Made by a program: the position numbers and the translations under genes
Assembly: GCA_001782165.1 (NCBI GenBank)
Contig: MFNV01000006.1
Span: forward strand, 444 to 64,443
DNA: 64,000 bases
Source of the DNA: Candidatus Levybacteria bacterium RIFCSPHIGHO2_01_FULL_41_15
GTDB lineage: Bacteria; Patescibacteriota; Microgenomatia; Levybacterales; UBA12049
Reading direction: 5' to 3'
Notes under the pieces: model-generated
The model's input: only the letters and a program-made list of their open reading frames with translations
Told to the model about the DNA's origin: nothing
Databases searched by the model: none
Part shown: positions 43,590 through 52,758 of the stretch, piece after piece
Position numbering within the stretch: the first letter of the stretch is position 1
How the letters are laid out: each line of letters opens with the position of its first letter

Positions 43590-44667
43590 TTACTTCAAAA
43601 TGAAGATGGGATCCTGTTGTTCTTCCTGTTAAACCAACCGATCCTATAACAGTCTTCCCTGCTGTCACATTATCCCCTGCCGAAACACTTATAGTACTCA
43701 TATGTGTGTAATGTGTTTCTGTTCCGCTTCCATCTGAAATATAAACATTATTCCCGTATCCCCCGTCCCAAGTTCCAACAATAACTCTTGATACTGTTCC
43801 CGATTGTGCCGCGACAATCGGTGTGCCAATTGGAGAAACAATATCTATTGCCGTATGATACCACGATGCAAATTGACTTATATACCCCTGAACAGGCCAT
43901 GTAAATCCTGCAGAAGATATCGAAACAGGCCCCTGAACAAGATAAACTTCCCTTCTTATGGAGGGCTTTTCGGAAGGCTTTATTCCATCTGGAACTATAA
44001 GAATCTGGCCTTCTACCAAAGAAAATGTCTCAGGATTTGCAAAATCATTAAAAGGGAAATCTACTATCTTCTGTGGATTTGTGTCAAACTTCTTCGCAAT
44101 GGTATAAACCGACTCACCTTTTTCAACCTTATGAGCAATTCCCGTTACGGGAAGGACCTTAAGCTCATCTCCCACCGTTATATTATCTCCTGTCAAATTA
44201 TTTGCCCATTTAATTGTTTCCTGCGAGATTCCGAATTTTTGGGCGATTGTCGAAATTGTGTCTCCTTTTTCCACTCTGTAGGTAATAATTTTGTCTCTTG
44301 GCTTTTGAGAAATATCGGTCCTAAGAATATCCTCGCCTACGATTATTGACTGCGGTTGTGAAGAGGACTCGAGGGCCGAAACTGAAGAGCTATTCGAAAA
44401 AACCGGATATGTACTTGCGAGAAAGGGCGCAAGAAGAACACCAATGCCTAAAATTCCCATAATTGCAAGGTGCAAAAAAGACCGGCTGTACCGACCCCTT
44501 TTTATCATAAAAAGTTTAACAAGGCTATTCTTATTATCTTCAAATACCAATGATGCTGACAGAATTTTCTTTTTAAAGAAGAAAACAAGGAAACTTAGGA
44601 AGGAAAAAAGCTCGAAAAAAAACTTTGATAAAAAGACTATTATCCGGGAAATTGGGTGTTTTCGCAT
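43546..44667 (-). CDS. LysM-containing M23 family peptidoglycan endopeptidase
   Basis: Two LysM domains (GDTISTIAQKF, GESVYTIAKKF), HTAID, YTHM, TGSHLHFE. Confidence 0.95.
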   Translation of the reverse strand: MRKHPISRIIVFLSKFFFELFSFLSFLVFFFKKKILSASLVFEDNKNSLVKLFMIKRGRYSRSFLHLAIMGILGIGVLLAPFLASTYPVFSNSSSVSALESSSQPQSIIVGEDILRTDISQKPRDKIITYRVEKGDTISTIAQKFGISQETIKWANNLTGDNITVGDELKVLPVTGIAHKVEKGESVYTIAKKFDTNPQKIVDFPFNDFANPETFSLVEGQILIVPDGIKPSEKPSIRREVYLVQGPVSISSAGFTWPVQGYISQFASWYHTAIDIVSPIGTPIVAAQSGTVSRVIVGTWDGGYGNNVYISDGSGTETHYTHMSTISVSAGDNVTAGKTVIGSVGLTGRTTGSHLHFEVIKNGVLVNPLPYLQ

Positions 44668-44796
44668 ATAGAAAAATACAACTTAAAAGGTTAACAGATA
44701 AGCGGTGCTATGTCAAATCGAAAGAGGGATAAATTGCTCAATTGTTATATCGCTGAATTGTTAAACTTCGCCATTTCGCATTTCGAATGCATGAAA

Positions 44797-44910
44797 AGTT
44801 GATTAGTGCGTCAGGTCATTCGACTCTGAGGGATGATGCCCTCAGGCTCAGACTCGAAGAGGGAATTCCCGCCTTGTGCGGGGAGGGGGTGTTACCACCC
44901 GAAGAACGAG
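44797..44910 (-). ncRNA. Candidate structured RNA or 5' leader with an embedded REP-like palindrome
   Basis: GC-rich hairpins (GGGTGGTAACACCC, CCCGCACAAGGCGGG) directly downstream of a TTGACA...TAAT promoter; no family recognised. Confidence 0.3.
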
Positions 44911-45001
44911 TTTAATTACGAAAGCACGAAATGAGGCTTGTCAAGAGCTTTTGTTTCTTTTCTCGGCAGAAAAGAAGAAGGAAGATTATTTACAAAGAGC
45001 T

Positions 45002-46237
45002 TTATCCCTTCCCAAGGGAAGCAAGAAATTCTTCGTTGGTTTCAACCTTTGAAAGTCTCTCAACAATAATAGCAGTTCTCTCTTCAGGCGAGAGCATATC
45101 AATCATTCTTCTCATTGTTACAACCTTTTTAAGATGGTCGGGAGGCAAGATGAGTTCTTCCTGTCGGGTTCCTGATCTTTCAATATCAATACTCGGGAAT
45201 ATTCTTCTATCGGACAGCTTTCGGTCAAGATGAAGTTCCATATTTCCCGTTCCCTTAAACTCTTCATAAATAAGATCATCCATTCGCGAACCCGTATCAA
45301 CAAGAGTTGTTCCGATTATTGTAAGGGATCCTCCCTCTTTGCAGTTTCGGGCCGCGCCAAAAAATTTTTTGGCAGGCCACAGCGCAGCCGGATCAAAACC
45401 ACCTGATAAAGTTCTTCCCGAAGGCGCAATAGCTAAATTATAAGCGCGGGCCAAACGAGTAATAGAATCAAGAAGAATAATTACATCAGTGCCCATCTCA
45501 ACAAGTCTTTTTGCACGATCAAGAGTAATTTCTGCAACTTTTGTTTGTTTCTCAGGCGGTTCATCAAAGTTTGAGGCAACAACATCTCCTTTTACAGAGG
45601 CAGTTATATCAGTAACCTCCTCGGGCCGCTCACCAATAAGAGCTGCCATAAGATGAGCTTTTGGAAAGTTCTGAGAAATTCCTGCCGCAATTTCTTTAAT
45701 AATAGTAGTTTTGCCTGCTTTTGGGGGCGAAACTATCATTCCTCTCTGTCCAAATCCAATTGGCGCGACAAGATCAATTATCCTGGTTGATAAAGGAAAT
45801 TTTCCTGTAGTAAGGGTGATTTGTTTCTTTGGATAAATCGGGACAAGATCATCAAAATAAAGACGTTTCATTGAATCATCCGCGGGAATTCCATTTACCT
45901 TCTCAACCTTCAAAAGCCCATAAAATCTTTCCGTATCCTTAGGAGGTCTACCTACTCCCTCGATTAAATCGCCGGGTCTTAGCATAAATCTTCTTATTTG
46001 AGATTGGGAAATATACACATCGCGGGCAGATGCAGTAAATTTGGGACGAAGAAACCCATGTCCCTCAGGCTGAATATCCAAAATGCCCGAGACCGGCTGA
46101 GTCTGAGCCTCCTCTATTCCCCGGGGAACAGTTAAAACTTTTGGAACTTCTTTCACTAAGGGAACTTCGGCGACTTGGGGTCTCCCGACGATATCATCTG
46201 CAGATTTTATCTTTGGAGTTTTCCGGGTGTATACCAT
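45002..46237 (-). CDS. rho: Transcription termination factor Rho
   Basis: GHGFLR, DVYISQSQIRRF, GQRGMIVSPPKAGKT, DSITRLARAYN, EEFKGTGNMEL. Confidence 0.97.
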   Translation of the reverse strand: MVYTRKTPKIKSADDIVGRPQVAEVPLVKEVPKVLTVPRGIEEAQTQPVSGILDIQPEGHGFLRPKFTASARDVYISQSQIRRFMLRPGDLIEGVGRPPKDTERFYGLLKVEKVNGIPADDSMKRLYFDDLVPIYPKKQITLTTGKFPLSTRIIDLVAPIGFGQRGMIVSPPKAGKTTIIKEIAAGISQNFPKAHLMAALIGERPEEVTDITASVKGDVVASNFDEPPEKQTKVAEITLDRAKRLVEMGTDVIILLDSITRLARAYNLAIAPSGRTLSGGFDPAALWPAKKFFGAARNCKEGGSLTIIGTTLVDTGSRMDDLIYEEFKGTGNMELHLDRKLSDRRIFPSIDIERSGTRQEELILPPDHLKKVVTMRRMIDMLSPEERTAIIVERLSKVETNEEFLASLGKG

Positions 46238-46542
46238 ATTGAAAATTTAAAATTTGAAAAGACAATGGTCAATGATAAATGGTAAATCCAATGCTAATAT
46301 CAACATCTAAAATTTAAATTGCCGGATCATTTAGTGTGGGAATTTCTGAAGATTCAGAACAAATGTATTACATCATAAGAAGATTCCCATGTCAAGGGTC
46401 AATTTATAGGTCCTATAAGACCTATACGACTTATAAGTCTTATATTTTCCCCCCTTGACAAGGCCTATATTATGTGTTACTATCCCTTGCATCTAATGAT
46501 ACTGTACCTGATTAGTCAGTATCTTTTTTATTGGATCAAACC

Positions 46543-47232
46543 ATGAATAAAGTTTTTCTTTCAATTTTCGCTATTGCATTTTTTGCGCTTTTTGCGGTTT
46601 CTCAAAAAGCCTTAGCCGATACTGTTTGTCAGCCTATATATGGAGGCGGGCAAACTTGTGTTCAGGTAGGAAATATATTGGTTAACAAAACTGTTAAAAA
46701 CCCTCAAACAGGTGCTTTTGTTGACAATCTTAATATCAATGACCCCAAGCTTTTACCTCTATCAACTGTAACATTTCAGATCACTGTGACAAACACCGGA
46801 TCGGGCAATCTCTCTAAGATTACTGTTAAGGATACTCTTCCTTCTTTCGTAACTTTTGTTTCGGGTCCCGGAAGTTTCGATAGAAATACAAAAGTCTTAA
46901 CTTTCGAGGTTTCGAACCTTGGCGCCGGACAGTCTCAAACTTTCACACTTGAAGCAAAAACAGTTGAAGAAAACAAACTTCCCCAAGACCAGGGAATCGT
47001 TTGTGTGGTAAATCAGGTTTTGGCAACTTCCGATTCCAATCAAAGTTCTGACAATTCACAGTTTTGTATTGAAAAACCGGTAGTGGCGCCAGTTACAAAA
47101 GGCGGTCTTAAGGTATTCCCTGCACCAACTGTTGTAACCACACCTCCTACTGGTCCTGAGATGCTTTCTCTCATAGGTCTTATTCCTGCGGGAGGATTAG
47201 GATTTCTCCTTCGAAGAAAAGCCCGAAAGTAA
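46543..47232 (+). CDS. DUF11-domain surface protein with sortase-type sorting signal
   Basis: Signal peptide; FQITVTNTG...VKDTLP (DUF11); C-terminal TPPTG + hydrophobic stretch + RRKARK. Confidence 0.8.
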   Translation: MNKVFLSIFAIAFFALFAVSQKALADTVCQPIYGGGQTCVQVGNILVNKTVKNPQTGAFVDNLNINDPKLLPLSTVTFQITVTNTGSGNLSKITVKDTLPSFVTFVSGPGSFDRNTKVLTFEVSNLGAGQSQTFTLEAKTVEENKLPQDQGIVCVVNQVLATSDSNQSSDNSQFCIEKPVVAPVTKGGLKVFPAPTVVTTPPTGPEMLSLIGLIPAGGLGFLLRRKARK

Positions 47233-47237
47233 ATCCT

Positions 47238-47357
47238 AAATTCAAAGCACCAAGCTCCAAATAATATTTAATCTTCAAACTATCAAAATTCAAAAATATT
47301 TTGAGATTAGAATTTTGTATTTGGAATTTATTTGGGATTTTTAATTTTGAATTTGAG
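47238..47357. repeat. ~120-bp heptamer-built imperfect palindrome (MITE-like), copy 3
   Basis: Aligns with 15957-16076; sits between convergent genes. Confidence 0.7.
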
Positions 47358-47359
47358 AT

Positions 47360-49531
47360 TTACCCAACCGGCTTAGTATATTTTTCCCTTGAAACCCTTA
47401 CCACCTTTTCCCTGTTTTGAGTAACGCTCTTAGGAAGAGGAAGAGTCTGACACAGAAACGGCGACTGGGTAATTCCGTCAACGGCAAGTTTTATAACTGC
47501 TTGGAAATTCCCCAACAAAAGTAAATCTTCTGCCTTAAATCTCTCCCCAAATTCTTTCCCCACATAAGCTGAGTCTTGTGCGCCAATGAGAAACGACATC
47601 ATAGTTCCTACATTTCCGAAGATTGCCGCTCTTACATCTTCGGGAACTTGTGATATATATTGATTCGCAAGTATAAGGTTAAGTCGGTATTTTCGGGCTT
47701 CCGATAAAATCTTTATAAAACTTGTTGTTGCAAAATTCTGAAACTCATCAACATAAAGATAAAAATCCCTGCGTTCTGCCTCTGGCATCGAAACTCTGTT
47801 CATCGCCGCAAGCTGAATCTTGGTAATAGCCATTGCTCCCAAAAGCGCTGCATTATCCTCACCTATTCTTCCTTGCGACAGATTCAAAATTACAATTTTT
47901 CCTTCATTCATAATCTTTTCAAAATCAACTGTTGATTTGGGATTTTTAATAATATTTCGCATAAGGTGGGACGAAGTAAACTGTCCTACTTTGTTTAAGA
48001 TCGGTGAGATAGATTCACTCTTAAGCCTCGGCTGCATTTGCTCAAACTCATTAATCCAATAGTTTCTAAGAACCCTGTCTGTCATCTTCTCAACCACTCT
48101 GTGTCTGAAGTTATCATCCGTTAAGATATCCTGTACCATAAGAAGTGTCGCATCAGGCAGACTGATTACCGATAAAAGAGCGTTTCGCAGGATATATTCA
48201 AGTCTTGGTCCCCAAGTATGACCGTATAATTTATGAAAAATTGCAACAATCCCTGAGACCACGAGTTCTTTTTGTTCAGGGTTTTCAACAGACAATGGGT
48301 TTAGCGAAAAAGCATGTATCTTGTCCGAAGGATCAAGATAAACTACATCATTTACCCGGAAAGACGGGATGTAATTTAATAATATTTCGCAAAGATCACC
48401 GTGAGGATCGATTACGCAAATCCCTTTGCGGTTTCTGAAATCACTTATTGCCATATTTGCAATAAGTGTTGATTTTCCCGTCCCTGTTTTTCCGATGAGA
48501 TAAAAATGTTTTCGCCGGTCAGCAGATTTTATTCCGAAATTTGTAACTCTGTTTTTAAACTCGGTTTGCGCAAAAAAATTAGTTTCTGTTTTTTCCTGCG
48601 AAGTTAAATATTCGGCAACCGGAAGGTTTTCGGGAGGCTCGGAAAGTATAGTTTTATGCCATGAGATATTGTGAAGTGTTGCGAATTTGGATGTCGGAAA
48701 ATGGAAAAAACTTGCAATCTCCTCAACGTTTAATATCTGATTTGCCGGAACAAACCTTTTGTTTCTTTTAACAAGAGCGCTCATCATTCTTTTTTTCTGC
48801 CAAAGATAAGTCCGGCGAAGTTGAAAACTGTTACCGGAGGGGTTATTAAAAGATGAGAAACTATTTGCAATTTCATACAGGATCTGATGACTTCTCTCCC
48901 GATCTTGCGAAGAAACAGCAATTCTTATTGCCGTTTTGAAACCGTTGAGTTTTATCTTCTCAGAAATTACCTTGGCATAGGGGTTTTGTTGAACTACTCC
49001 TGCGGAATCCTTTTTCTTAGTATTAATTGTTCTCTCTCCTGTCCTTTGCCATCCCGAACCGATTGGTATTAGCAAAACCTGTATCCAGATTTTGTCCTCT
49101 TTTTTTGCTTTTGACAGAACCGAAACAAGAGAAGACATGGGATCAACATCCTTAAAATCGCGAAAAGTCCGAAGTGGGTAAAGATATCCGGACGATATTT
49201 TCATCTGACCAAAGGTCAAATTATTTCTGTTCGAAAGAATTTCAGAAAGAGGATCCCCGCGGGTCTTTAGAAAAAGAGCTTTAGGATACTGGGAAACAAG
49301 CTGGGATTCTATAAAAGTCGTTAGAGTTTGAGGGACTGATATATAAAAATGGATAGTTTGATCTATTACTCCAATCTCCAATGTAATGGGGATTGCAAAT
49401 GAAACAAGATTTAGAACTCTTTTCTTAAGAGAAACAAGACTCGAGAGGAACTGAACCATCGCCTCCGGACTTTCTTCCCCTGTCCTTGAAGTTTTAACCT
49501 CAAGAAGAATTCTGTCGGATTTATTTTCCAT
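47360..49531 (-). CDS. VirD4/TraG-like (type IV coupling protein / HerA-FtsK) ATPase
   Basis: HFYLIGKTGTGKST, IDPHGDL, YLYVDEFQNF, SEARKYRL, ANQYISQ. Confidence 0.9.
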   Translation of the reverse strand: MENKSDRILLEVKTSRTGEESPEAMVQFLSSLVSLKKRVLNLVSFAIPITLEIGVIDQTIHFYISVPQTLTTFIESQLVSQYPKALFLKTRGDPLSEILSNRNNLTFGQMKISSGYLYPLRTFRDFKDVDPMSSLVSVLSKAKKEDKIWIQVLLIPIGSGWQRTGERTINTKKKDSAGVVQQNPYAKVISEKIKLNGFKTAIRIAVSSQDRERSHQILYEIANSFSSFNNPSGNSFQLRRTYLWQKKRMMSALVKRNKRFVPANQILNVEEIASFFHFPTSKFATLHNISWHKTILSEPPENLPVAEYLTSQEKTETNFFAQTEFKNRVTNFGIKSADRRKHFYLIGKTGTGKSTLIANMAISDFRNRKGICVIDPHGDLCEILLNYIPSFRVNDVVYLDPSDKIHAFSLNPLSVENPEQKELVVSGIVAIFHKLYGHTWGPRLEYILRNALLSVISLPDATLLMVQDILTDDNFRHRVVEKMTDRVLRNYWINEFEQMQPRLKSESISPILNKVGQFTSSHLMRNIIKNPKSTVDFEKIMNEGKIVILNLSQGRIGEDNAALLGAMAITKIQLAAMNRVSMPEAERRDFYLYVDEFQNFATTSFIKILSEARKYRLNLILANQYISQVPEDVRAAIFGNVGTMMSFLIGAQDSAYVGKEFGERFKAEDLLLLGNFQAVIKLAVDGITQSPFLCQTLPLPKSVTQNREKVVRVSREKYTKPVG

Positions 49532-49606
49532 AGTCTTATTATACGACATATAAGTCACTTAAGTCACTTAAGTCTTATTTCCCCTAAAAAGGCGAGCTTT
49601 TCAGCT

Positions 49607-49634
49607 TGACAAAGCCTATAATATTTGGTACAAT
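49607..49634 (+). promoter_or_regulatory. Sigma70-type promoter upstream of the GC-rich island
   Basis: TTGACA followed by TACAAT at near-canonical spacing (ttgacaaagcctataatatttggtacaat). Confidence 0.6.
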
Positions 49635-49793
49635 CCGCAAGCTTTTTTAGCACACCCACCCAAATTGCGGGTTTGCTGTGGTAAACAGGCAGTGCTTTGG
49701 CAGAAATTGTCGCAAGATTATTTCTTTCAAAGAACGTTCTTTGAAAAGGTATGCAGAAATAATTTTTTAAACCCTAAGTAAAGGAGGTGTTTC

Positions 49794-49958
49794 GTGTCAG
49801 CCACCGAAATAGGACTGCAGATTGCCATAGTACTGCTTGCCGGCATCTGGTTCCCTGTGATCCTTGCGCACTGGCGAAAGAGGCCTTTCGACGGCTTTGT
49901 TCTAGGACTGCTGGGCATAATGATAACTAGCATCCTTGAACTCTTGCTGTGGGCCTAG
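49794..49958 (+). CDS. 54-aa two-TM microprotein
   Basis: AAGGAGGT SD then GTG: MSATEIGLQIAIVLLAGIWFPVILAHWRKRPFDGFVLGLLGIMITSILELLLWA*. Confidence 0.6.
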   Translation: MSATEIGLQIAIVLLAGIWFPVILAHWRKRPFDGFVLGLLGIMITSILELLLWA

Positions 49959-50023
49959 CTTGACAACCGAATATAGCAATCGTTCTAGCCTTCGCGCAAG
50001 CGAGGAGACAAAGGAGGACTCAA

Positions 50024-50174
50024 ATGGGGAGCCTAATCGAGTTCTACTCAAGGCCCCTTGAGTGGGTTGCAAAAGTACCCCACTCAATTCACAGTCGTCC
50101 TAGCGACGATAGCGGTTGGGGGTCAGCTTGTTATGCTAGCCCTGCTGATCAAGGCCGCCATCGACTGGATCTAG
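50024..50174 (+). pseudogene. Frameshifted membrane microprotein
   Basis: AAGGAGG SD + ATG. Removing one A of the AAAA at 50071 gives MGSLIEFYSRPLEWVAKYPTQFTVVLATIAVGGQLVMLALLIKAAIDWI*. Confidence 0.4.
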
Positions 50175-50216
50175 CCTCCGCGGAAGCGCGTGAAGAGATC
50201 CCTGAAAGGAGGCGAT

Positions 50217-50294
50217 GTGAAATCGTTGATCGACGCTTACCTTCTGTTTGGCAGGCTTCTGTTTAAACGCAGATGGCCAACCAGGCGAAGGTAA
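50217..50294 (+). CDS. 25-aa basic amphipathic peptide
   Basis: AAAGGAGG SD + GTG: MKSLIDAYLLFGRLLFKRRWPTRRR*. Confidence 0.4.
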   Translation: MKSLIDAYLLFGRLLFKRRWPTRRR

Positions 50295-50401
50295 ATCCAC
50301 CCAGCGCTTGTGTTCGCTCAAGTCAAGCTTCAGAAATCGCGTCTAACGCGACAAAGAGGCTGACAAGATGCGCGCACAAGCTAGCTTCAAAAGGAGGTTC
50401 C

Positions 50402-50560
50402 GTGGCTCGAAGCGAGAGAAAGAAGCGCAAACAACAGAGTAACGGAAGCGGCAAGCTGAAGCGCAGGCCAGAACCACCACCCGATGAAAAGCCCCCAGAC
50501 GAGGAGAAATCCCCTCTTTCTAGCTCAAGTAGCACAAGTAAAGGAGGCAGTCGGATGTGA
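50402..50560 (+). CDS. 52-aa basic, Pro-rich microprotein
   Basis: AAAGGAGGT SD + GTG: MARSERKKRKQQ... Confidence 0.45.
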   Translation: MARSERKKRKQQSNGSGKLKRRPEPPPDEKPPDEEKSPLSSSSSTSKGGSRM

Positions 50561-50688
50561 ACGGCAAGAAACGTCCTCCCAAACAACCGAATAGCGGGAA
50601 GCACCGCCATCGGCATAGGAACGGCAATAACCTTCGATTTCGCGGACCCCGAGGGATAATGACGGCAAGAAAGGAAGCGAGAAGATGA
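50557..50688 (+). CDS. 43-aa highly basic microprotein
   Basis: AAAGGAGG SD + GTG overlapping the upstream stop (GTGA): MNGKKRPPKQPNSGKHRHRHRNGNNLRFRGPRG... Confidence 0.4.
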   Translation: MNGKKRPPKQPNSGKHRHRHRNGNNLRFRGPRGIMTARKEARR

Positions 50689-50798
50689 GGCAACTCATTA
50701 TAATCGCTATCCTGACTGCTGTAGGGATCGGCATTTACCTCATCCTGCGAAAGCCGAGGAGGAAACCACGAAAGGACGCTCATGGACGAAGCGAATGA
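50685..50798 (+). CDS. 37-aa single-TM microprotein with basic tail
   Basis: ATGA overlap with the upstream stop; MRQLIIIAILTAVGIGIYLILRKPRRKPRKDAHGRSE*. Confidence 0.5.
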   Translation: MRQLIIIAILTAVGIGIYLILRKPRRKPRKDAHGRSE

Positions 50799-51039
50799 AG
50801 ATCGCCTGACAAAGATGCGAAAGCGCGTGGAGGTAGTCGTTGTGTTAATAGCCATCTTGGCTTTAATAAGCCTTGTGGCTTTGTTCCTCTCGATCAACAA
50901 TCGGGAAGACACGACGACACCGACACCCACACCAACGGCAACGAACCTTAATCTAGAGGAGGTGATGCCTAGCAACACTAACCTCGTATTGACAAGCCTA
51001 ACCTCGCCAATGGCGAGCGTATCACACTTGGAGGTGTGA
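50782..51039 (+). CDS. 85-aa single-TM protein with TPTP linker
   Basis: KMRKRVEVVVVLIAILALISLVALFL followed by TTTPTPTPT. Confidence 0.6.
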   Translation: MDEANEDRLTKMRKRVEVVVVLIAILALISLVALFLSINNREDTTTPTPTPTATNLNLEEVMPSNTNLVLTSLTSPMASVSHLEV

Positions 51040-51040
51040 A

Positions 51041-52054
51041 ATGACCGAAAATGTCAACAACACTGGACAACCGAATAACGACGGCAACGATGTTGTCAGC
51101 CCTCCCCCGTCTGAGCCCCCGACCACAACCGGCGGCACAAGCGGCAGGGGCAACAGTGACCGCAACGGTGGTGGCACATCAGCGCTTTCTCCTGTACATT
51201 GGGCGTTCATTGTCATGGCAATGGCCGCTATCGCACTAGCCGCCTTCATCCTGGTGGATGCTCTCAGCGGCAGCGGCAACGGATCGACGGCGGCCAACGC
51301 GACCACGACACCGGCATCACCGGCTGCTCTGACCATGGTGTCCTTTCCAACCCTGACGCCCGCGGCTGCAGGCACTGGCACGATTCCCGATCTCCCCAAG
51401 GACGCTTCTCACGGGAAGTGGACCATTAAGGAGAACGCGGCCATCGACAGCGACCCTATCGTGAGAGACGTACTCGACCGGCTTGAGGATCCGAATCCCA
51501 GCCAGTGGAAGTATTTCCCGAACGTCGGAAACCCGGATCGTCCGGATTTCCCGTCTGAGCCTGACCGGCCAGCACCATGGGGCGCTGAATACGGCGTAGC
51601 AAACGTGCCGTTCTGTCAGCAGGACATGCGGTGCGACTTCCAAGTTCCGGGCTGGAGCTACCGTCTTGTGACGGCCGACTACGGCTTTCTGGACAGGACA
51701 TGCCAGAACGACGGCACCAAGGGATGCTTGCTTTTGCTCATCAACGTGAGCGATCAATCATTCACCTGGCGCAACCAGATGGCCGACAACGGCTTTACGG
51801 TTCACGGTCGCTACTGGGACGGTGATCATCTCGAGTGGGCTATTCTCGGACTGACGAGCCACGCCAGCGCCAACATGCTGAACCTGCCGACCTTTGCCCG
51901 TGCGGGCGAGGTCCTCAACGCAGGAGGCAGCTCAAGCAATGCCGGCGCCAACTGTGGCAACCAGCCAGAGTCTTGTGCATCCGTCGATGTACGCGTAGTC
52001 GTCCATGCGGGTGAGCGTGTGCTCGCGGAAGCGACAATCGTAGTCAACCGGTAG
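51041..52054 (+). CDS. Membrane-anchored extracellular protein with Ala/Thr/Pro linker and Cys-containing globular domain
   Basis: GGAGGT SD; disordered N-terminus, TM (WAFIVMAMAAIALAAFIL), six Cys in pairs; GC-rich codons. Confidence 0.8.
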   Translation: MTENVNNTGQPNNDGNDVVSPPPSEPPTTTGGTSGRGNSDRNGGGTSALSPVHWAFIVMAMAAIALAAFILVDALSGSGNGSTAANATTTPASPAALTMVSFPTLTPAAAGTGTIPDLPKDASHGKWTIKENAAIDSDPIVRDVLDRLEDPNPSQWKYFPNVGNPDRPDFPSEPDRPAPWGAEYGVANVPFCQQDMRCDFQVPGWSYRLVTADYGFLDRTCQNDGTKGCLLLLINVSDQSFTWRNQMADNGFTVHGRYWDGDHLEWAILGLTSHASANMLNLPTFARAGEVLNAGGSSSNAGANCGNQPESCASVDVRVVVHAGERVLAEATIVVNR

Positions 52055-52140
52055 TCCGGTCGACAACACCCGAGGGCATAGTGGAGTCTTAACCCCCAAC
52101 TGAGAAGTCCACCTAGACTTGCCCTCACCCAGCAAATTTC

Positions 52141-52180
52141 GAGGCGGTGTAACCCCCCCCTCCGCCACCGTCTCACTTTC
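52141..52180 (+). terminator. Probable intrinsic terminator of the GC-rich operon
   Basis: GAGGCGGTG...CACCGTCTC stem followed by ACTTTCT. Confidence 0.4.
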
Positions 52181-52580
52181 TAAACTCGCGTTGTACCTCC
52201 TACAACGTCGAGGCTTCCTTTTCTGGGATTTCTACAGGAAGATCGGAATGGACGCCGTTACCCAGTCCTCCCCTCCGGGGGATAACCAATAAGATATGCT
52301 GATCGAAAGATTGGCATTTTCCTGGGAGGGGCACAAGTGCGAAAGCACAGCGTTGAGATCATTTTGATTCTCTCTTGCTTCACCAATTGCGGTGATACCA
52401 AGACTGATCAATTTGATCCTTCGCTTCTGCATACCTTCCCTTTTGAGCTCATCAACCATAGGCTGGTGGATTCAAAAGGGAAATTTAAAATTTAAAATCT
52501 ATATCCTCTTTAAATTTCAAATGCTGTGTCTTCAATCTTGCAATCGAACAAAAGACGTTAAGTTTTTGCAAATGAGTACA

Positions 52581-52710
52581 TCAGGAGGATTCCTCGCAAA
52601 CTTGTCGAGGAGGGGGTGAAATCCCCCGACAAGCGAATGAGCAAAAATAGTCCGACTTCGCTTGCAAGGAGTTTTTGGTACTTTTGTCGACACAAAAGTA
52701 CAGAAAAAAT
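52581..52710. repeat. Palindrome-rich MITE/REP-like element
   Basis: cttgtcg...gggggtgaaatccccc...cgacaag and gtacttttg-tcgaca-caaaagtac hairpins. Confidence 0.5.
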
Positions 52711-52758
52711 GTTTTATTGTTAATTGTTAATTTTTTGAATTCATTGTACATTATATTT

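Noticed and set aside
47360-49531. Conjugative element (ICE) built around the VirD4-like gene
   Set aside because: No relaxase, VirB4 or other T4SS genes are nearby; such lone ATPases are common chromosomal genes in CPR.
52232-52459. 75-aa minus-strand ORF at the island edge
   Set aside because: No recognisable motif or clear translation signal; it cannot be supported from sequence alone.
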